Positions 16,563-28,033 of a stretch of 64,000 nucleotides of DNA are shown piece after piece. Numbering within the stretch: position 1 is the stretch's first letter; each line of letters begins with the position of its first letter. A program made the position numbers and the translations under genes. The stretch covers positions 19,530,001-19,594,000 of the forward strand of contig CM022677.1 in NCBI GenBank assembly GCA_012295275.1. The letters are read 5' to 3'. The notes under the pieces were generated by a model, which saw only the letters and a program-made list of their open reading frames with translations, did not search any database and was not told the DNA's origin. This DNA is from Chrysomallon squamiferum (Eukaryota > Animalia > Mollusca).

Positions 16563-17698
16563 TAACAGCTTGTTTTTAAAACCAGAAACCACTTAAACTG
16601 TCTAATGAGAAATTACCAAAATTAACATAAACAATTTTTTTTTATTAACAAATGAATAAAATTAAATAAAAAAACACATTTTGCATGTATCAAAAATGGA
16701 CAAACGATGAAAAAAAAACCACAGGCCATATTTTTTTTTTAACCAAAACTGCACAAAAACCCAGATTTATTTTTTAAAATGCACTTGATAAACTGCACAA
16801 ACATACTGGAGATTATTAAAATCAAACAATAAAGAAGTCTGCAACAACAACAACGATGATGTCAACAATGCAGTAGTAGTCTCCAGTTTTCTTGGCAATA
16901 AATAAACGCCGTCCTCCACAATGACAACGCAGATACTTAATATCTTCTTCACATTAAACTACAGCCCTGCTGCTGCTGCTGCTGATGATGATGACAATGA
17001 TGATGTAGTAGTTTCCAATTTCCTTGGAAGTAAATAAACGCTGACCTCCACGCGACCACGTTTTCTAACATCAGACGCTTTTTAATTACACTCGCGAGTA
17101 CACAAACGCCGACCCCGTTGACGATGCTTCGCAGGGACACTTTCTTCATCTCAGTTCTGAGTACATAAACGCTGCCCTCCGCGATGATGAAGTCTGAACC
17201 CTGCGAACGACAATGTGGACACAGCGACTGCGTTGTTTATGCAGCGTACATCGTTTGGGTTCTTAAGCCAATTGGCCATTGTGTTTGTGTGTGTGTGGCG
17301 CCGATGTCGTGAAGAAAAAAATGAAATAAAAAAAAATAAAAAAATGTGTTGCTTAGTGGATCAGTTGCTAATACAGCTAAGGCAAACCAGCAGGAAAAGA
17401 CTCAGCAGAAAAACTCAGGTTAATGAGGTTTTTTTCTCTTACTCAGCAGACAGTTTGAGTTATTTTCTTTGTGCGACGTCTGCTTATTGTCTGTCCATGG
17501 TTAGAAGATGGTGTTTTAAGTTGTTTTGTTTTTCTTTGTGTAGGTGTGTGTGTGTGTGTGTGTGTGTGCAAGTGTGTGTGTGTGAGTTTGTGTTTGTATG
17601 TGTGCATGTGATATGCAGGTACATATGTGTATGTCTAACTATGTAGGTATATATACAGGAGTGTATATATAGGTGTTTGAATGTGTGTGTGTGTGTGG

Positions 17699-17733
<35 letters not shown>

Positions 17734-17836
17734 GTACAAATCTTCAAGTATTATTGAATGTTTCTTTGACTATGTGTTCATTTATGTAAGTGTTTTTAAT
17801 CAAAATTGTTTTCTTGTTGTATGTAACTTGTATGTA

Positions 17837-17872
<36 letters not shown>

Positions 17873-18653
17873 ATTTCAAATGTTTGTTTTCCCATCATCC
17901 CAAATCATCCTATTCTGAGAATGATTTTTTAAAATTATTTTAAAGAGAGAGAGAGAGATTTTTTCTCTCTACATCTTGAGTGTCCTCATCAAACTATGTG
18001 AAAAGAATCATTAGTCAACTTACAGAGTAGAAATATTTCCAATAGATGACAAAATTTTCTAACATTTCAACCCAATCTAAATATTTTCTTACTCTGAATA
18101 TCTTTCATTTCATTTCATCTGATTTTTTTTTGCCTGTCTTTACATATTCTACAAGGACAGAGAAAGTGTTTTTCTCTGTACAAACCAAGAGTTGTCATCA
18201 CTCTCTGCGTGCAAAAAAAAAAATAAAAAAAAAATCAAGAAAAAAAATCTTTGTCATCCTTTAATCGAGCAGTTGAATGTTTGCTGAGAAATGTCCACAC
18301 TGTGTCTGTCTGTCTGTCTGTCCTGGTTATTTATTTCTGTCATTTTTGTGCTTTCTTTTGCTTGCAGGCTTCGGTCCAAAATAGATCCAGTCCTCTATAT
18401 ACATTTTTTTATTTTTTTTTTTAAATGTTTTCCGTGCTGATTTTTGAGATGTGGGTTTCATGTAACTTCGTTTCGTTTTGTTAATTACATTTGACATTTG
18501 ATAGGAAGGATGTCTGACTGAAGAAGGAAAGGAAAGGAAAGGAAGGGGGAGGGAGGGAGATGGAGGGAGGGAGGGAGAAAGGGAAGGGAGTGGAAGGGAG
18601 AGTGGGAGTTAGTGTGGGTGGGAGTGACAGAGAGCAGAAGGAGCATGGGGGAC

Positions 18654-18732
<79 letters not shown>

Positions 18733-19495
18733 GAGAAAGAATGGGAAAAGAGAAAGAGATGGGAAAAAGGGAAGTGAATGAGATTAAGAAAGAGAAAAAG
18801 AGAAAAAAAAAAAAGAGAGAGGGAAAAAGAGAAATAGAAAGTGAAAAATAAGAAAGAGATAGAGACAGAGCAAGAAAGAAAGACAGAGAGGGAGAAAGGA
18901 GAAAGCAAGTGAAAGTGAGAGAGACAGAGAAAGAAAGAGAAAAAGAAAGACAGAGATAGAAATTAGAGAGACTGAAGAACAATGAGATTAAGACAAAAAA
19001 AAAGAAAAAAGTGAGAGAAAGTGAGACAGTGAGACAAAATAAAAAAAGATTTTGAGACAGACAGAAAAACACAAAAACAGAGAAATAGACAGAAAAACAA
19101 AGAAATAGACAGAGAAACAATGAAATAGAGTGATAGAATGAAAGAAAGAAAAAAGAAAAGAATGAAAGAAGGATACTGAAAAAAAATAAGCAACAGAAAG
19201 TAACCAGTGAAAATGTAAATAAAAATGACAGTGAATAAAAAAAAAAAAAAAAAAAGAAGAAGAAAATATAAATGAATTGGAATTTTCTTTCGGTTCTGGC
19301 AGATTTTATATGTCTCATGGGAGAACTGCTAACTGCAGCTATTGAGAAAGCGTTTTCATGTAAAATATTTTCTTTTAGAGTCCAAAAAAAAAAAAAAAAA
19401 AAAAAAAATAAAATAGAAAAGAAAAAATTTAAATTAGTTTCTCGAATTTTCCAAATAATAAATATAACTTCACACCATCTCATTGTACCAACACC

Positions 19496-19534
<39 letters not shown>

Positions 19535-19582
19535 AAAAAAATATATATAAAATAAAATTAAAAAAAAAGAAAAACAAGACAA

Positions 19583-19623
<41 letters not shown>

Positions 19624-19877
19624 CTTAAAATATTGAGTTTATTTCCCCCCCCTCCTTTAGAAATGCTTCACTCTCATCAGTTTAAAGTACCGAATCTTGT
19701 TCAATTCCAAGACAGAACTTTTCAAACATGATCCAGAAGAGTAAAAGCGTATAAACAATTTGTTAAAAAGTCTAAAATGTTGACAAGGGAGTCATAACTA
19801 AAATGAAGCAGTGAAGGGGGAACAATCAATTCATTGATTTTTCCAAGTGAAATCAATACCAGCATGAATTTCTACCA

Positions 19878-20760
19878 TTCTGACATTTAACTATTCTGAC
19901 ATTTCACTGACATCAGTCTGACATTTGCCTGACACTACTTCCGTACTGCTCCAACACATCAGCGAGAAACCTAAAACAATTCAGACAATCCTCTCGACTG
20001 ACACTGTTCTGACACTGTACTGACACTCATTCAAGAAAAATACAGTCTTAGTTTCTTACATTAATCAATTTTCTGAATTTCTTATTGGACTAAGGTCTGT
20101 GTGAACTTCTCAACATTCCTTTGACACTCCCTTGTTAAAAGTATTCCAAGTTTGTTTTTTTTGAATCAGACTGACGTTTGTGTGAAAATGTCATCTGACA
20201 CTACTCTGACACTTTTCTGACACTCCTGTGTGAACAGCTAACGTCAGTCTTCTAAGTTTCTTATTAGACTAAGGTCTGTGCGAACTTTTCATCCAACACT
20301 ATTCTGACACTACTCTGACACTAACAGCGAATATCAGTTTTTGAGTTTCTTACTAGTTTGACCTTTATGTAAACCTCTCACCCAGCATTATACCGACAAT
20401 AAACGTGACAGCTTCCCCCGACACTGTTATGTGAACTGTTTTCTCAGTCTGCTGTTATAACGAAGCTTGTACAAAACAAAACAACTCTGACACTAATCTG
20501 ACAATTCCACATGAACAGTAATCTTACTTTAACGAATATGTTATTACACTGAAGTTTCTGTGTGAACTATTTTGACAACACTTCGACAAACAAACCTATG
20601 TGAACACTCGTGTCACTTTTTTTTAAATTCATTACTACACTGAAGTTTTTGTGAACATCTCTGACACTACTCCGACAACAATCTGACACTACCCCGACAG
20701 CACTCTGACACCACTCTGACACTACCCCGACAGCACTCTGACACTTCTGCGTGAACAGTT
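19878..20760. repeat. Degenerate CTGACAC(T)/GTGAAC-rich repeat region
   Basis: Many ctgacac/ccgacag and tgtgaac motifs, most regular at 20660-20745. Confidence 0.65.
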
Positions 20761-20815
20761 ACTCCGAGTCTACCATCAGACTGAGGGCTCTCTGTGTGTA
20801 ACTAACTCACTGTAG

Positions 20816-20943
20816 ACAAATCCAATCTACACACTTAACGATTTCCACTACATCATGACTGCCGAAAGTAGACTCCAGAGGTTTCTCGTCTGATTAGCGT
20901 AAAATTGTCCGTCTGTCCGTGAGGATGACAGACGAGGCAGTAG
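20816..20943 (+). other. Candidate upstream exon of the nested gene, carrying ATG 20925 (MTDEAVG)
   Basis: Branch-point-like ACTAAC at 20801, acceptor tgtag at 20811-20815 and donor TAG|gtaatt at 20943/4. The phase-1 end joins in frame to the AG at 25320-25321. A short 12-aa uORF lies at 20855-20893. Confidence 0.4.
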
Positions 20944-21040
20944 GTAATTCGAGTCGCTGATATATCTACTGATACAGACATTATACCACTCAGCTGTGTG
21001 TGTATGTAGATATATATCATTATATATATATATATAGTGT

Positions 21041-21081
<41 letters not shown>

Positions 21082-21384
21082 GGTCAAATACAACCATGAT
21101 AAGCCTATATGCTTACGTATCATGTATATATGTATAAAACACAGGCTTGTGAAGGATTAGGTATGTACACCAGAGACATAAAGTGTGATAAGTTGATGTG
21201 AGAGATAGAGAGAGAGTGACTGAGACAGAAACAGAGGTTACACACACAGACACATAAAGATAGAGTGAGAGAAACAGATAGCTAGATATACAAATAGAGA
21301 GAGACAGAAATACAGAAGCAACAATAAAATGTAAAATGTTCGAATTATGTAACAAGAAATCTATTCATGTGTTAATGGAATAGT

Positions 21385-21460
<76 letters not shown>

Positions 21461-21869
21461 TAGCATGAAAGACGTCAGGCAGAAGCTTACCATAGTTATA
21501 CTCTCTCATCTCTTATGACTCCTAGCTATTGATGTCACTGTCCCCCATACAGTCCCTTTATATAGTAATCCCATCTATCAATACATTATTTCATTCATCT
21601 GTCTATCATTCATTCATCCTTATATTCCTTTATTTATTCTCTCTCTCTCTCTCCCCTTCTGCTTTAATAACAGCCACAATTACATAATGAAAGACAAGTA
21701 ATTTTTTTTTTTTTTTTCCTTGACAAAACATCAATAACAATTGACACAAACGAACTCTCAATGATTAACTGTTTATCAGCGACTGTTTATCACTGGAATT
21801 GTAATTCGACGAAACTGATCAATTCACTTCGATCCCACTGGCGACAAAGCTAAATAAAAGATGAGAAGA

Positions 21870-21900
<31 letters not shown>

Positions 21901-22381
21901 GGATTATGAATTTGTATATTCTCTTACCTTCTTTTTATTTTCTTCTTCTTATTATATTTTTTATTATTATTATTTATTTTATTTTTTAAAGTTATTGTCT
22001 TTATCAATGTGTTTCTTTTTTCCTTATTGGTATTATATATATATATATATAAAAGAAAAATAATAAAATATAAATAAATAAGGGAAAAAAACAAATTATG
22101 AATTAGTTCTTTGTTGTTATTATTGTTTTGTTTTTTTCATTAATATACTGTAAAAGAAATAGATTTTCTGAACCTAGATCTTTATTTTACCTTTGAATAA
22201 AAGAAACCTTTTTTATTTTTATTTTTTGTAGATCATCATTATTTTATCAATACTCATACATGTTATCTTCTATGACAAGAATAACTCATGGAAAAGCAGC
22301 AGGAAATTCTGTTTTATGTTTCATCAGACTAGAAAACAAATAACTGTTAATACATGTATCATTTACTTGTCCATCCATTCT

Positions 22382-22445
<64 letters not shown>

Positions 22446-23039
22446 CCATTTCTCATTCCGTTTTTCTGTTTGTTTTTCTGTCTCTCTCTACCCTCTGTAT
22501 TTCTCTCTGATTTGTCCATCTCTCTCTCTCTCTCTGTATTTCTCTCTACATCACTCCTTCTTTCTGTCTTTCTCATTATATCTCTATTACTCTTTCTTTC
22601 TATGTGTCTCTCTCTCATTTTCCCTCTTTGTCTTTCCTTTCATTCTCTCACTCAAATTTTCTCTCTCACTCCACTCCATCCATTCATTCATTCATTCATC
22701 TGTCTATCTGAGAAAGTTTAATTAATTTCTTTTCTTCTTTCTTGTTTCAGTTCTGACTGTGACCTTCTCCTTGAAGATTAACTTGGATTAAGCATGTGTT
22801 TACAGAAAGATGGTTCCAGTGTGATTTTAAGTTACCAGTGATTCGCTTACAATTTGATTTGATATTTTAAGACTCTCTAGGAACAAACAATCCCCAAGAA
22901 GAAAAAAAAAAAAAATCCACACTAAATCTAAGATCATGTACAATTTAAAGATGTGTTTGAAGATTTACCAGGTATAAATATTTTTTTTTTTTTTTTTTTT
23001 CATGGTGTTGGAAAAAATCCTAAATGAGTTGATTTTTCC

Positions 23040-23139
23040 ACCTGGAATAAAAGTTTTTTTTAGAAGAAAAGTTTAAAATTTCATTAATTTACAATTAACT
23101 CTGAAAGAAACATTAATCTGGAATATCTGTGATCCAAGG

Positions 23140-23172
<33 letters not shown>

Positions 23173-23339
23173 CTAATTTATAATTAATCCAAAAATATTT
23201 TAATTTTCCATCTCAAAATTCACTTGGAATAAAAGTTTTTCCATGCAAGAAAAGTTTAAAATTTCATTAATTTACAATTAACCAGGAAAGAAAAAGATTC
23301 ATCTGGAATATCAGTGTTTCCAGGAAAAAAAAGTGAGAG

Positions 23340-23376
<37 letters not shown>

Positions 23377-23470
23377 CCCCACTAATTTATAATTAATCTG
23401 AAATAATTTGATTTTTGCCATCTCAAGATGTATCTGGTCTAAAAAATTTTCCATGCAGAACAGTTAAAAG
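23040..23470. repeat. Local tandem duplication, about 185-210 bp, just over 2 copies with internal poly(A)
   Basis: tggaataaaagttttt...aagaaaagtttaaaatttcattaatttacaattaac...atctggaatatc...(A)n...actaatttataattaatc repeated. Confidence 0.75.
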
Positions 23471-24332
23471 TCAATTTGCTGTAATCATTGATTTTCTAAC
23501 CTTTTGCAAATATCTATGACTTTTGGAAAAAAAAAGAAAAATCTGTTTCACGATTTGGTTTAAGTGCTTTATGCAGTGTTTTATGTAAGGTTTGAAACAA
23601 GAAGACATTCAAAAGCAGACGTCACTTTGCAAAGCAACATGGCGGAAATATTTTCAGAATGTGGAATGGAGTTTTAGTTGTTCAAGTCTTTAAAAACCTG
23701 TGGATGTGTCTGAACGGTTTGTGCACCAATGAAAATAAAAGCTTAAAAAAAAAGATGAACATATTGAATAAGGAATTCAAGTTCTAATTGTTAAAATTGT
23801 TTTTGTGGAAAATTGCTTTTTAACAAATGACCAGTTATTTTAATTATTTTGATGAGTTTAAAATACCAAACAAGAATCAACATCAATATCAAGACATCAA
23901 AAAAGCAAAACAGACAAATATAATTTTAAATTTACAACATTTGTAAGAAATTTTAAAAATTCATTTATTGATATTTTAAGAATTTTTTGTCTTTAAAAAA
24001 AAAAATGGTACAAAAAAAAAATAAAATATTAAAAAGGAAAACAAAAAATAATAATAAAAAAATAAAAATTCTGGTACATTCTCATGTGGAATCTATTATC
24101 ATTAATCATCGACATTTTGTGAGACTTGTCAGAATTCACTCCATTAATTTAAGTGTGTGCGCCTAAGTAGAGGAGGAACAATGTAAACAGAAGAAACAGT
24201 GATGGAGAACAAACAAAATCTCATGTTTCTCTGTTGCATGACAAGTCTGGAATAAAATGTCTCCATACTGACACACTTTATGAATCTGTGAAACCAGTGT
24301 CAATAAATAGAAAAAAAAAAAAAAAAAAAAAA

Positions 24333-24364
<32 letters not shown>

Positions 24365-25321
24365 AATAAAAATAACAAGGAAATACAAATACAGAAATAA
24401 GAACAAAAATTTTAAGAGAAAAAGTGAAGATTCTGTGACAAAAATTTGTTTAAAATTTTGAAAAATTTTTTTTTTTTTTTTTTCTCTGACAAAATTGGGA
24501 ACAATATTTTTATTCCGGAAATACGTTAATGGTATTTTTTATGAAATTCTGCTGTGCATGACAGATTTTGATTAAAAAACTTGATTCTGATACACTGTTT
24601 GTACTTGTCAATATTTAGAAAGAGAAAAATATAAAAAGAAAGAAAATATACTCCTGAAGGAAAAAAGAACAAAACTTGGAAGTGAAAATGTTAAAACTGT
24701 CCTTGATTTTGAAAAGAAAATTTTAAAATTCTGTGACAGAATTATCCAGTTGTGGTTTTTTTTGGGACAAAATATTGAAAAATATTTTCTTTGTGGAAAT
24801 GTAATAACTGCAACTTCATGAACTTTTTAGTTCAGGAATTTATATATTTTTTTCAATGTGCCAAGAGTTAAAGATTCATCATATCAGGAAATTTCATGAT
24901 TTAATAACAGTACTGTGACAGTGCAATATTGTAAGTGAAACCTTGGGATATTAGGAACGAAAATATTTCTTTAAATAAACTTAAAAATATTTACTCCTGA
25001 AGGAATACCACAAACATTTACATATTCCTGATATATTTACAACCCTAAATTCATGAATTCAGGAAAATATGACCTTTTCATTATAGGAAAAAAGTGAAAA
25101 AAACCACCCCCCCAAAAACACCAAAAAAACACAACAAATTTCATGAATTCATTGGATAAAATCAGTTTTTTAAAAGCAGTGACTTCATGAATTCAGGAAA
25201 AATTCAGTCCCAACAAAAACATTTACACGTTTCCTGATGAATCCACAACCCAAAAATTCACGAAACTCAGGAAAAATATGACCTTTTCATTATAAAAAAA
25301 AAAAAAAATTCATGAATTCAG

Positions 25322-25464
25322 GAAAATTCCTCTCAACATTCGGCCGAGGCCGACGCCACAACCGCAACAACAACAACCACTACTACAACAACCACCACCA
25401 CAGGAAGTGGAACAACAGTTACCTCCCTTTCTACGACTACAGCGACACCCTCGGCGGGGTGTGA
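25322..25464 (+). CDS. Codon-biased upstream ORF segment (GKFLSTFGRGRRHNRNNNNHYYNNHHHRKWNNSYLPFYDYSDTLGGV*) ending 2 nt before the membrane-protein ATG
   Basis: Strong third-position C bias in this frame (ttc ctc ggc cac aac tac gac agc acc). TGA at 25462-25464, then cc, then ATG at 25467. The frame matches both the genomic ATG at 25312 and a splice from the 20925 ATG. Confidence 0.45.
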
Positions 25465-25466
25465 CC

Positions 25467-26639
25467 ATGCAGCCGAAGACCCTGACAACAAAAACTGCAA
25501 TGGCCGCCAACGTTTCCGAAATGCTGCCCGGAAAAAACGGCGCACTGACCCAGCGGGAGCTGACCCAGTCGGCCGAGGTTGCACAGACGATGAACACCAG
25601 CAACAGCAGCCACTACAGGGCGTCGATGATTGCCGTCCTCGTCATCATGAGCATCTTCCTGGTCATCACCATGACGACGACCAGCCTGCTGATAGCGTTC
25701 TGCCGGAAGAAGAACGCTGTGTTTGCGCTGCAGAAGTGTGAGCAGCAGGACGACGACGATGACTCTGAGTACGAGCTCGACGACATCGAGCAGACGGACA
25801 TCGAAATGCTGAAAGAAGAGAGCGGACGGAAAAACGAGGTCAAACCGAGGTCGAACACGTACCCGAACCTGTCCCGCATCTCCAAAGTTTCCGCTGCTGC
25901 GTACAGACGGACAGACAGTCCTACGAACCAGCCTCTGATGTACGACTCGTCGACTCACTTTGTCATCGAGTCGACCGACGATGACGTTGATGTTGATGAT
26001 GACGATAGAAAGAATTTGATGATGTGTATGCCGAGATCGAAGACGTTCAGTGTTTATTACGACAGAGCGAAAATTGTTAACAAAATGGATGTTGTTCGCG
26101 ACGATGTTTTGCAGTTGAAAGGTTTGTTCGACAGGAGTGCTGTTGTGTACAAAAATCCCCACGCGTCTAAAAGCAGTCTTTCGGAAGATAGTATTTCGTC
26201 AAAAACTAAAGATGAGAGTAAATGTGTGCCAAAACCAAAAGAAAAAAATAATTCACAAAAGAGGAAACCTAACAAACCAAGTTCCACCAGAACCAGAACT
26301 GCAACAGAGTTTAAAACCTCTGGTCACAGTTTTGTGACCGACTGTGACAAACGAAAACAGACAGACAGACGTACAGACAAAGGTTATTTTAAACTGCAGA
26401 CAATTAACACCAACTGCACGACAACTGATTCCAGTAACGAACAATTTGCGGGTGTTTCTGAATCTGACTTGACGAGACAGTTTCAGGATTTGGTTCTTGT
26501 TAACATGTGTTCAGGTAGTTGTGCGGAAGGCAGTACAGGAAGCACGGCCATGTTTGCCAAGTCGAAGGAAGATAACTCTAACGTGGCTGCAGACAGCTCG
26601 GAAGACAGTTTGAAGGATTCTAAAGAAATACGCTGGTAG
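25467..26639 (+). CDS. Uncharacterised single-pass membrane protein (390 aa from first ATG), antisense and nested in presumed CEP78 intron 5
   Basis: Long non-repetitive ORF with GC3-biased codons in the 5' half. It has N-glycosylation sequons NVS/NTS/NSS, a hydrophobic segment MIAVLVIMSIFLVITMTTTSLLIAF followed by CRKK (positive-inside), and an acidic tract. Two AATAAA signals at 26672 and 26678. Confidence 0.8.
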   Translation: MQPKTLTTKTAMAANVSEMLPGKNGALTQRELTQSAEVAQTMNTSNSSHYRASMIAVLVIMSIFLVITMTTTSLLIAFCRKKNAVFALQKCEQQDDDDDSEYELDDIEQTDIEMLKEESGRKNEVKPRSNTYPNLSRISKVSAAAYRRTDSPTNQPLMYDSSTHFVIESTDDDVDVDDDDRKNLMMCMPRSKTFSVYYDRAKIVNKMDVVRDDVLQLKGLFDRSAVVYKNPHASKSSLSEDSISSKTKDESKCVPKPKEKNNSQKRKPNKPSSTRTRTATEFKTSGHSFVTDCDKRKQTDRRTDKGYFKLQTINTNCTTTDSSNEQFAGVSESDLTRQFQDLVLVNMCSGSCAEGSTGSTAMFAKSKEDNSNVAADSSEDSLKDSKEIRW

Positions 26640-27547
26640 AAACAGCCAAGCAGATGAGAACCGAGCTGATTAATAAAAATAAAACATTTATCCATTACTC
26701 TTGCCTGAGTTGTTTGTGTCGTGGTTACTTGTTAAAATCAATCAATCAATCAGTCAATCAATTAATGTACCAGCAAATCAATGACAGATTAGCAGAAATC
26801 AAATTATGGTTGCATCAGATTACAATATTTCAGCAAATACAAAACAAACATGTACCTGTAACAAGTTTCACTCACATAAATAGAAACATTAAAAAAGTAT
26901 CACACATGCACGCGCACACACACATACTGTATTAATTACTTTTATGTATTTTCTGATTACATATATTCATGTATGCATATATAAATATATGTACGAATGT
27001 ATCTAGGTATCTGCATATCTATGTATGCATATATGTATGTTTGTGTGTATGTCCAAAAGGGGTCATCAGTTCTACAAAACAAGGTCAGTCTTTTACAAAC
27101 AAACAACATCCTTTCAAATCACAAATGTAAAATTTTTCCATTACATAAAATATTAGAAATAAGGGATGTAACTGATTACAACAGTAGCTTCATTTCTAAA
27201 AAGTCAAAATTACCTCCCTTGATAAACCTGCTGCATCTGAATAACAGCAACACTACAGTCACATGGGAGATAACTGGTAATAACAATAACTTTGATGGAT
27301 GACAAGAAAAAGATGAAGTTATCTTTCTTGAAAATGTAGGCAACTAAAACATTTATAAGGGAGGTAACTGGTGACAATGATTCCTTTTGTAAAATGTCTG
27401 AACCTTCATGTTATCCAGAAAAATAAATTACAATAGCTAAAGCTTTCATAAAAACAAATCTCCTTTAAAAAACAAATTGTCTTTAAACTCCCTTGTTCAC
27501 AAGAAAGATAACTCCCACCAACATTGCAAATAACAAGAGTTACCTAC

Positions 27548-27979
27548 CTTGATCACTTGAGCCAGGCACTCTGCACCACGCCATGTCAGACTGCAACCTG
27601 TGAAGTTGACAGAGTTGATGTTGGTGGCATTCTTCACCCCCTTGCAGACAACTACAATGACGTACAACAACTCCAACGTCAGCAGATAAAATTTTACATA
27701 ACGATATTTAATATTTCAGTGTTAATAGTTCAGCTTGTGTCATGTGTAAAGGATTCTTACTGAAAGATCTGCTGTCACTTTATGGACTGTTCATACTGAT
27801 TATAGTAGCCATGGTTTTTTTTTTATGATTTGGGGAAAAAGATACAAGTGAAAATATAGTAATTAGTAATAATAAAATAAATCTTTAAAAATGTATTTTT
27901 TTCACATATGCTCAGTCTTATCAGTAATTTTGTTTCTTTTATCTAAAACAAAAATATATATAAGATATATATGTCTGCA

Positions 27980-28033
<54 letters not shown>

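Noticed and set aside
22751-22970. Possible plus-strand exon (ttgtttcag ... ccag|gtataa)
   Set aside because: Splice-like ends, but an AT-rich interior with a poly(A) run and no supportable coding frame; cannot be called without RNA data.
25462-25485. Selenocysteine or stop readthrough at the TGA before the membrane ORF
   Set aside because: Readthrough stays in the wrong frame and meets another TGA six codons later.
25437-26695. Minus-strand ORFs over the nested gene as CEP78 exons
   Set aside because: They are antisense shadows of the plus-strand ORF with no CEP78 similarity.
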